Made by a program: the position numbers and the translations under genes | Part shown: one piece after another, positions 53,735 to 64,000 of the stretch | How positions within the stretch are numbered: position 1 is the stretch's first letter | How the letters are laid out: the number at the start of each line of letters is the position of its first letter | Assembly: GCF_006345805.1 (NCBI RefSeq) | Contig: NC_042998.1 | Coordinates: forward strand, 82,026,001-82,090,000 | Direction: 5' to 3' | DNA from: Octopus sinensis | Taxonomy: Eukaryota | Length of the DNA stretch: 64,000 nucleotides | The notes under the pieces: model-generated | What the model was told of the DNA's origin: nothing | The model's database searches: none | Seen by the model: the letters and a program-made list of their open reading frames with translations, nothing else

Positions 53735-56700
53735 GCTTATTTGACTCAGCTTCGGTCTTATTCCTGGCAGATTTTATGTGAGTAACGCGTTAATACCTGT
53801 AAACTTAGGTATCCATTAGCCTTCAATATTCTTTCAAATACTTAGAACCCACCTGATAATTTTTCCTCTTCCTAAGAGGCAAACTTTCTGTAGAAGCTCT
53901 ACAAGAAATTCGATTCTAGTCTCCTATTTTCATATTTTCTATCATCAGCAGTTGACTGTCATTGAAAATATTGTTCTTATTGTTAATACTATCATTATTA
54001 AAATATCAAATCCTGGAATAGTTCGAATTCCAGTAAAGGTTCTGATCTGATAAGCAATTGCAGCTCGTTCTTACCAATTATGCTTTCTGTTTTACTAATC
54101 TGTATCTTTACTTCTTTTTGCGTATGTGTAATTCCTATTAACTCTATATCAAGTGATACTGATCAACACTCGAATCTTGAAATTCTATATATGTTCGTCA
54201 AGTGGTTTCAAACTTTCTTTTCAGTTCATCAAATTCCATTAAGATTAAAATGTTTTGAATTGTTATGATGTTATTAACTAATATAATAATGGAAGTTTAT
54301 ATTTCCTCCAATTTAACGTTATACTGCGGAGTAAGTAGCTTCAGAATCTGTGAGGTGCAACACGTTTGAATGCATATAAGGTTTATTGTTGGAAGCGAGA
54401 GAGAGGAGAGAGAGAGAGAGAGAGGGAGAGATAGAGAGGAAAGAGAGAGAGAGAGATAGTAACTTCAATAACAATCAAGTCAAGATATATCTATCTATTT
54501 ACTTCACAATTTATACACTCCTTGTCATTTCGCACTTTCACTATTATTTTTATTACTTTTGTTCAGCATCACTCAGGAAATTCAATGCTTCAAAGCCACA
54601 GAAATTTCCATATGTGACGAAGTTCAGTTCATTATTGATTCACTCTATATAACGTAATATTTTATCAAGAAACATTTGATTAAATACGCATTTAAATTCA
54701 TACGTGATTATGCATCATATATTTATATTTGATTGAATATACGAATTCTAATGAATTCATTCTCAACTAAACGTATGTATAGTGTAGAAGTGCATTAATA
54801 TGAGATCGCACGTACCAATTGAATTTTATGCCTAAAATTGTATAAAATTGTTTAAATGTGATTCTATTTAACAGCATGAGAGTATAATGTTAATATAATT
54901 GTTTTATTTAAGTTTATCTTCATTGAGATAACAGGAAATCTATATGTGATCATGATGTAGATGAATTTGAATATTTCCAAGTTTATTGCTGTAGACAATA
55001 AAATGGATCTCAGCTCTTTAATGATTTCGTTCATTCGCAGAGAATTTGTACAATGATGGGAATTTGACATGCAAGATCTTTGAATGCTGCACAAAATTGA
55101 AGCGTTTTTCGGAGTTTATATTATTCTTGAAACATCTTAAGTTTAAATAGATCTTTAAAGGCAGCATGATGAGCGAAACAATTGCACGAAATCTTTGTGT
55201 ATTCATCTTCTATATTTCCATTTCAGTCTCCACTTTCTAACAAATTTGTCTGGAAAATACATATTGTTGATTTTCTTTGTACTGCTTCGCGGATTGCCAT
55301 GACTCTCTCTACCTATTATTATTGAATTTGATTTAGGAGCTTGAGTCATTGTAGACCTCGCATTAGCTAATTAGCTGATTTAGCTGGTTACACAATCGTG
55401 GATGCTGCTCCTATTGATGCGTTGCAGTTACTCTTTTAGTAGACTTTGGTGATCCTCACCGTCGATCTTCTAGGATTCGTCTGTTCAGCATTAGTGTAAT
55501 AAGCACCGTTGGCTCATTTCAACTCTTCACAATTCACCATGCAGCAGTCACATGACTTCGCCGTATAATTGACGGCCAAAGAGCAACCCGTAACTATGCG
55601 GAGCTCGGTCGTCACTCGGTGAAGCATTTCCAAATTACCCGCATGCCTGAGTAATACTATTATTCTTTTATGGTGTATCTGTTTTATAATCATGCTTCAA
55701 TTTTGATTCTGTTTGTTTTCATTATACTATTTTAATTATTGAATATTTTCGGGTCATCTATTTCACTTTTATATATTATCAAATATTTCTTTTCAACATG
55801 CACATGTTTCATTTGCATGAATTGTTTGAAGCACACTTGTGCCAATTATTTTACTAATCTATGAGATAAATAATTGCATTGTATAGCAATAAACTAAAAC
55901 AATATTTATAGTTTTACTAAACTGAATACATAAACATTCTCTTAGCAAAGCACTTGGATATGATAGAAACGTGTCTCTGACAAAGACGAATCCTACGCTA
56001 CAACATATTTATGGAAATCTTGTATCTGAATAAATGAATGCATTGAATTCATACATGCATGCGGTAATCTTATTAATAATATTAAATTGTTTTTATTTCA
56101 TAGTTTTAAAGTGTATCTGTTATCGTACTCTGTTAAGTTGAGGCAGGCGTTGTGCGAATAATAACACAGGCACTGGTTAAGTTCCACTTCTTTATTACTA
56201 GTCAGTCGGTTAAATATCTTATCATCTAATTAATTGATCGTTTGCTTCATGTGCTGGTTAAATATTCAATCGGTTCTTTGTAAGGCAAATTTCTTCCGTC
56301 ACCGTTCCCTACGAAGTCTGTAAATTCCTGACTTCCCCTCTCGGTTGTTCGCTGGTAGGATATCTAACTGATTGATTAACAATAAAAAATTGATATTGTA
56401 CCTAAGTGTGTGTAATTATTATTGGCGTAATGACTATCCCAACGCACCAAAATTTGTTTCAGTATACGAATCCACATCAAGAACCTTGCGAACCAAATAC
56501 AAACACGAGGTTTATTATATTATTATAATGTTAACAAAGAGAAAATGTGATACTAATTCTAATTATAAAATATCTCTTTTAACAAAATAATGAAAGTTAT
56601 GGATTGGAAGACCTATCGTAAAGTTGGACAAACTGCTTACAGGTTTTTACTGACGGCTTTGAGCATTCTGAATTCAAAACACACCGAAGTGTATTTTGAC

Positions 56701-57084
56701 TTCACCTACCCAGCTCCGATAGATGCAGCAGCAGCAAAAGACAATGTGGGTTTATATTAATGTAATTCGTCGTTTATATGGATCGAATGACATTCAGCCA
56801 TAAAATTTTGGTGTCTACTTCATGACTCACTTCCAAAACAGACAACATAATTTTCATATTGTTAAGAAAAGACGATCGATTCAGTCACAGAACAGCACAC
56901 CTTTCCGACAAATGACTGATGTTGTAGTTGCATGTATTGTGATTTTGAACGCAAATTGAATCAATAGTCTCCAGTTTAACAAAGCCACGAACAAATATAT
57001 TTCGTAAATATACTTGTATGTATCTGTGTGTATGCATCTCTCTCCCTCCCTCTCTCTCTCTCTCTATCTCTCTAAACACTTCAG

Positions 57085-57108
57085 GAGCTGATAAGAGCAT
57101 GTAATAAG
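57085..57108 (+). other. Candidate 24-nt microexon
   Basis: (TC)n..aaacacttcag|GAGCTGATAAGAGCATGTAATAAG|gtaagtaag; the phase-0 frame is open (ELIRACNK). Confidence 0.4.
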
Positions 57109-57699
57109 GTAAGTAAGAACATTTAAAATCGATGATAATTATTTACAGCTATTTATATTGTGAATATTGCGTTAGCAATTTATAAGGAGATGATATAGGG
57201 TTTATTCTCAATATCCTAGTGTTAACAAATGTTTATTCATTTGGTAAAACCAGGATGTGAGGAAGCTGATGACTGGTCTGCGATAGTTAGAATCATTCAG
57301 TTAAGTGTGCAAGTTGTTTGTACATTGGTATACGATAGTGGACAGGAATCACTGGATATTTTCTCTCCTCTATAACACAGCAATGTATCTGCAACTTGTA
57401 CTGAATGACTCATACTGTCTGCATCGCTAGATATCAGGGGTCTTTTGTTTCAGATATAGACGTTCTTAAAACATTTACTGAAATGTAGAATGTAGTGCTG
57501 AGAATATACAGGGCAGGAAATATATATAACAGAAATAAGTACCAAAATCCTTGAAAGGGATGTTAAGCAGCCACGTTCGCCGGTTCAATCCAACCAAAGA
57601 ATGCATAAAAGCTATATATTCAATATTGGTATAATCAAGAAATAAAGTATAAGGTAAAGAAAAAATATAATCTTGACATTAATAGTAGAACTAGAAATG

Positions 57700-58000
57700 T
57701 AGTCTACAGCAAAAGGTGCATAGAGGGTGTTTTTAAAGACTAGAACGTGATATACATAGGTGAAACATTTACAAGCATTGCGGAAAGACTAAATGTACAT
57801 TTGAGACAATATGACGACAAAAAAAAACAGGCGTCCATACTCTACTTACATGCCAAAGACCAATATGGAGGCACACGTGCTCAACTTGACCTGCACATTT
57901 TATCCAAGCACCTGCAGGACCTAACACTCAGACAAATACAGGAGTGGGTCCTCATAATGAAACATCTCCAGTACTAAATAGGAAATATAGGTAGAAGGTA
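57700..58000 (+). mobile_element. Penelope-like element GIY-YIG endonuclease fragment
   Basis: IYIGETFTSIAERLNVHLRQYDDKKKQASILYLHAKD..LDLHILSKH..LRQIQEWVLI; same family as 23390-23870. Confidence 0.8.
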
Positions 58001-59390
58001 ATCATACCCCAATACCCACACTCAGACATGCACACACATGGAGACAGTGGTACACACACACATCTAAACACACACAAATACATATATTATGCATATTCAC
58101 ATGCATACATACACACATATACATACATATATATATATGCATACATACATATTTATATACATACATAAACGCATACATATATATATATATGTGTGTATAC
58201 ACATGTACACGAACTAATGCGATAATATCAATAAATATTTATTCGTATATATAAAATTGATCATACGGAAGCTTGTTGAGCCAAAACATTCTTATATCTT
58301 GTGGAAGATTAATGCTGCTGATTTTGATGATGTTTTCTTTTATTGCTTAAATCTTCATCCGATCATGAATCAATGAATCTTTAATAATCTTCTGGAATCC
58401 TCAGACCTTTTGCTATCCTGGCTTTTGACTTTTGGTTTTCAATATATCATATCTCCGCATTTCCAATCCAGTTTTGCGTCATTCTTTTTATATATCGCAG
58501 AATAAAACTTTTCAAATGCAGTTTTCATAAAAAAAAAAGTTTTTTGCCCCTTGCAAATTTCAATTTGAATTTTAAAAACCATTAGAATGAGAATTTAAGT
58601 CAGTTCATAGTATAAAAACTTCTTTCTTGCTGAAGACATCTTTTCCATAAAGAGAAAACTGACAATCACTTCAAGTTTCATGGTTTTCATTCGGAGGGAA
58701 AAGTTATGATTAATAAAAAGATGTTTCTCAAAGTTTTCTTATCCCAAACCAGCATGTAAAAATCGAAGGAATTCCAAAAAATATGAATTATTGTCACTTA
58801 TTGCTATCTAATTGTATTTTTTAGTAGGATAATTATAAATCACCAAGCAGCATCCACTTTGTTTACGCCCTTTACTTCTATGTCCATTGTTATACCTTTT
58901 AGTTTACATCTTGTTAGTTCTCAGAAATAATTAAGTGTCATAAAGTCGCCAATATTGTACTGCTCACCACTGAACCAAAGCAGTATAGAAGCATCTCTGG
59001 GTTTACTTTAGTTTTAAATATGTCCCATTTATGTAGCTAAAACCCTGGGGTCCGAGCCTATAAGCCAGATGTATACGCAGAATAGTGCTCAGGAATAGTC
59101 CTTATTTGTGTGTATGTTTGTGAATGCGGGTATAGGAATAACTGTATATGTGTCCATGTATGTATTTGTGTATGGGAAAGTAACTACATATCTATGCATT
59201 TGTGTGTACATGGGTGGAAGTGTATATATGATCTCTTCCAGCAAAGAGTCAATTGGGATACACATATATATACACACACACACACACCTATACATACCAA
59301 TACGTACTAATACATACTAATACATACTAATACATACACCAACCCCATACATACGCACGTCCAGACCAATCTTACGCACTAATACTCTCT

Positions 59391-59421
<31 letters not shown>

Positions 59422-59658
59422 CCGTATACATACTAATACATACACCAACCCTATACATACACACATCCAGACCCCTCCCACGCACTTTTAGCTGGTCACT
59501 CAACCCTTTTATCAACCCTATTATCTCCCCTTATTTCGCTCTCGCGTCTCATGTTTGATCTTTGACCTCTGGCCGAAATCAGATCGCCATGTTGATTCGT
59601 TAGCTACTGCACGCATTTTTTTTCTCTCCTTCTTTCTGTGTTTTTCTCTCTCTGTGTA

Positions 59659-59696
59659 TCTTTCTGTTGAAGAGCGTAGGCTCGAAACGTTAAAGA
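59659..59696 (+). ncRNA. Degenerate minimal hammerhead motif (A6U) within a TA-terminated repeat
   Basis: TCTTT-CTGTTGA-A GAGC gtag GCTC-GAAAC GTT-AAAGA. Confidence 0.5.
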
Positions 59697-61483
59697 CTTG
59701 TTTTATTTATATTTCCTGAGCGCCATACTAATACAATTGTTCGTTTGTCTTCCACCTGCCTTCGTCTTTTGTTTATTTTCATAAAGCTTCCCGTTATATA
59801 TATATATGCCTGTTATATTTGTCTGGAAAATAATGGCCATTAGCGTTTTGGTAGACACAAATTAACAGTGAAACGGTAAACTTTCCAACACAATTAATGA
59901 TTTTTATACTAATGGCTGTGTACATTGAGTTAATTGTATATAGTAATAACCAAATCCCATCATTTGCGTCAGAAGATGAAATCGGCTTCCCGGTTCAAAT
60001 ATAGATGATAATTTTAAAGGTAATAATGATGATGATGATAATAATCTTGTTGCCATTTTAATTTTTATTGTTTGTTGTTATTATTTACAATTGAAACATG
60101 GAGGTAAATCTATTTTCTGACGAGAATTATATGCTTTTCTTTTTATTCTATCGAATCATGGGAATATATAGCCATTAGTATTAAAACCATTATATATATA
60201 CCATTAATCCTTTACGAAATATTACGACTTTACCATTAAGTTGTGTTTACCATACACATTAATGACTGTAATTGTGCAGATGAACATAATACTAGGTCAA
60301 TATATATAGCCAAATTGACATTTGACTGGAAAAGATTAAAACTAAACAATTTTACTGTTTTACTGTACAAGATATTTTTTTGTGAAGAGCACTAGATTAT
60401 CGATCTATTTCATAAATAAACAATACGTCAGATTACTAAAGAGGGAAGGTTCAGATTTATTCATTTGGTTTAGTAGCACGTTTGAGCTCCTTTATTGTAT
60501 ATGTATATTAGTGTGAAATATGTCTGTCTCGAGAAATAATAATAGTTGTCTGGATGTTACATTAAATCTTTCTTAGATGAGATCCCCTATGAATAGCTGA
60601 TAATTTTACATGGAAAGTTGAAAAATTTTCACATCATAGCTAATTATGTTAAACTGTCGTATGTTCAAATTTGGCCCAATGCTTTATTTTCAATATTTAC
60701 TTTTGCTTGTAATAACCAGTTCTTTTGGTCAGGCTATCTTAGCTCCAGCTGCTTCAGATGCGAAGATACCAAACATTGTCAAAGTGTAGTACAACGGAAT
60801 TGCTATAGAATGTTGAAAATATTTTTCTCTTTTTCTGAAAAAGGAACGTTTTGAACTTACAGCACTTTGGCATAATAGCAACGACATATGGAATATTTTC
60901 AACGAAATTTTCATTGTAACATCATACATATATATATGTGAGTGTGTGTGTGTGGTGTGTGTGTGTGTGTGGTGTGTGTGTGTGTGTGTGTTTGTGAGTG
61001 TTTGTGTTTGTGCGTGTGTATATGTATGTATATATGTATGTATTTATAGTGAAATTAATGAAGAGAAGGAGAACAGAGAATTTCACAACCATGTATTATA
61101 CAGTTATTTACATCGTTCATCGCTTGAACCTACTCACATTTCGGTTGTATCCGTTGCAGACTGTTAAGTGTGCATCTTAGTGTTAATTTTTGCTGCAGCT
61201 TCTTCAGGAACCCCTGTATACTTCCGTTTGAAGATCATCTAAAATAAAACCTGAGACTGACTGAATAGGAATCCGTTATATTATCTATGGTAACAATGCA
61301 GTCCCTAAAAGAACATTCGGATCTATCAAGCGAGGATAATAACCGAGTCATGTAAGCCATCACTAATTTGAGTATCACCAATATTCGGTGTGGTTAGCCG
61401 TTTTTGAAAACGGATGCCAGAGTTAACAGTGTAACTGCCAGGGTTATATAACTCTTGAAACCATTTCTGGGAATATCACTTTG

Positions 61484-61516
<33 letters not shown>

Positions 61517-61886
61517 CATATAAAGAAAACAAAAATTGAACAAGAATGTAACAGGCGGCAAAAACATCCGGACAGTTAGACGATAAAAATAGGACAGGAA
61601 AAAGAAGGACGGGTCAATAGGAGCTTCCTATCCTCAGTCGAGTTCCACATCGTCTTTACAGTTTCGGCCGGCTATACTTGTGACTGCTCCCATCTGGCTG
61701 GCCCCAAGAAAATCTACGCTAAGAGCACTAGACTCCTTGGATGAAAGCAAGCGGATGTATACAAAAACTAGGGCTACAAAAATGGAGATATTGTACAAAA
61801 TTACAAGTACAAACAACACGTGTCATTCGACTATGGACGAATTAAATTAAGGTCGCGTGTGTGGAAGTGAACGTTTATATATATAT

Positions 61887-61939
<53 letters not shown>

Positions 61940-61958
61940 CATACATACATACACACAC

Positions 61959-62016
<58 letters not shown>

Positions 62017-62105
62017 ATAATAATAATAAATATTAGGGAATAAATCCAAACTTACAGGGAAAAATCAGATTTAGGATTGAATCCAATTTTATAGTAAAAT
62101 ATTAT

Positions 62106-63246
62106 ATTATATTAAATTAGAGAGAAAACCACTGTTAGGTAAATCAAACAATGAAAAACTTAAGCCAATACATAAGATTATTTAATTTATATTATTTAAA
62201 TATATAACAAAATTATTAAAAAAATATAATTAATATCACACTACGATCGTTTCATGCCTGCTAACATCTTCAAATTTTTGAGTCGCAGTCATTCACCAGG
62301 TGGTTTAAATATCTAAAATATAATCAATATATTTAAGATATAAATAATATATATAATATAATAATTTGACTTATAATAAACTCTATTATTAAATATGATT
62401 ATATCGAAATCGACTATAATGTTAAATATTAACTTTAATTTATAAGGTAGATAACCCATAATCTAATATCAATATTAGTCTATATCTAATTACATAAATA
62501 TTTAAAATGACTAATATATATAAATTATCAATGAAAATATATATAAATATTATAATGAAGATCTAAAATAATCTCTATAAATAATTGTATATAATGAAAA
62601 CCTAATAAATTTAATTTTTCATATTTAAAGATGAAATAACTAATTTCAAAATACAAATAAACTAACTAAAACTGACTTTCAACTCTTATGTAAAATACTT
62701 ATAGAAATATTCAATTCTTAGTAATATAGTATTAAATAAATACTATAAGTACTATAAATATAATTATGAATGGGAATGATTATCTAATATAAATTATGCT
62801 ATTAAATTAAACATGGCTTAGACCAATCTTTAGTCGAAACATATCTAATTTTATCAAAGTTTATCAAATTTATTTAATATCTAATAACATAGAAAATTAC
62901 GATAATTAGATCATTACATAAACAACAATATTTACCTAAGGATAATATTATTACTCCAAAGGCTTATACAATATTAAAATTTACAATTTGAAGATCTTAA
63001 AAAGATACATACTTTTCTTGGCGAGGTTTAAACAATGAACTAAAATTTTGAATCAAAAAACGTCTTATATATAATAAAACGTCTTATATAGATGTTAGCA
63101 GGCATGAAACGATCGTAGTGTGATATTAATTATATTTTTTTAATAATTTTGTTATATATTTAAATAATATAAATTAAATAATCTTATGTATTGGCTTAAG
63201 TCTTTCATTGTTTGATTTGCCTAATAGGGGTTTTGTCTCTAATTTA

Positions 63247-63253
<7 letters not shown>
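62106..63253. mobile_element. Very AT-rich TA-flanked element with ~163-bp terminal inverted repeats
   Basis: 62106-62268 is inverted at 63091-63253 with about 5 mismatches. The terminal module resembles 35590-35720. Confidence 0.75.
62239..62302 (-). ncRNA. Degenerate hammerhead motif (A6G)
   Basis: Minus strand: CAC-CTGGTGA-ATGACTGC..GCAGGCAT-GAAAC gatc GTA-GTG. The inverted arm at 63091-63120 keeps only the 3' half. Confidence 0.5.
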
Positions 63254-63287
<34 letters not shown>

Positions 63288-63526
63288 AAGGTGAAATATA
63301 ATTAATTTATAAAATTAATAAATTTCACCTAGTAGTTTTACTGGTATGGAAAAGACCATATTTGGTAAGGATTATATTAATTATAATAAAGGGTTAATTA
63401 CAACCGTTGCTCAAAATTGTGGTTTTGAGCAACTTGTTGCAATTAGCCCTTTATTATATATATATATATATATTATATATATTATATATATATATATATA
63501 TATTATATATATTTATTATATATATA

Positions 63527-63583
<57 letters not shown>

Positions 63584-64000
63584 TTATTATATATATTATT
63601 ATTATTATTATAATATATATAATATAATATATATATATTATATATATATATATACATATATATATATTATATATATATTCAGAGGTACTTTTCTGGTGTG
63701 AAACATCTATTATATTTGTGTCTACTAATAAAATAAATGTATGATGTAATGCTAGTTCCATGAAACAGTGGTCAGTCTTGCGCTGCGTAAGATCAATTGA
63801 GCCTACATTGATTGTGAAAAATATAGAAATGAATATAATTTTCTAGAATCCCACGGAGACGAAATTCTAAGAGTTGAAGCTGCATTTTTCGACTAGCACG
63901 TCATATGTTAGAATCTAGGACAGTTGTTGGAGATAAACGATATTTCATTCCACGTCAGTTTTAAAGACAGGCATACACGCTCACACACACACGCTCACAC

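Noticed and set aside
53790-55660. Possible minus-strand hAT relic (terminus caggcatgcg near 55650, CFAHH motif near 55170)
   Set aside because: Too decayed to support; no continuous transposase similarity was seen.
61620-61680. Minus-strand CCGAAAC..CTGAGGA (possible type II HHR)
   Set aside because: Stem I and stem II pairings could not be formed.
947-63761. Dozens of ORFs rich in YI, CV, HT, poly-N, poly-L or poly-Y
   Set aside because: They are translations of (TA)n, (CA)n, (TATG)n and (TAA)n microsatellites, with no coding signal.

Overview
64 kb of AT-rich, microsatellite-saturated metazoan nuclear DNA. The repeat families and their density resemble a coleoid cephalopod, probably Octopus; this is inference from recalled families, not a search result. 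No intact host gene is visible, and almost all listed ORFs are microsatellite artefacts (poly-YI, CV, HT). The window is mostly decayed transposons: RTE, CR1, R4/Dong-like RLE LINEs, Penelope GIY-YIG fragments, mariner, maT/Tc1, hAT, Helitron-like non-autonomous elements and several SINE families. The main unexplained structure is about 14 minimal type I hammerhead ribozyme (HHR) motifs. They belong to at least six unrelated non-coding insert families, most flanked by (TA)n and with Penelope-like direct-plus-inverted ends. Two families (9.9-10.5 kb and 51.1-52.3 kb) have ~360-bp units whose HHR core carries the compensatory U3-A8 pair instead of C3-G8. These look like retrozyme-type, circRNA-producing elements. 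Also present: two long inverted repeats carrying HHRs, a 123-bp palindrome, a G-poor ~1-kb satellite and three candidate short exons. All ribozyme and splicing calls are by-eye predictions.
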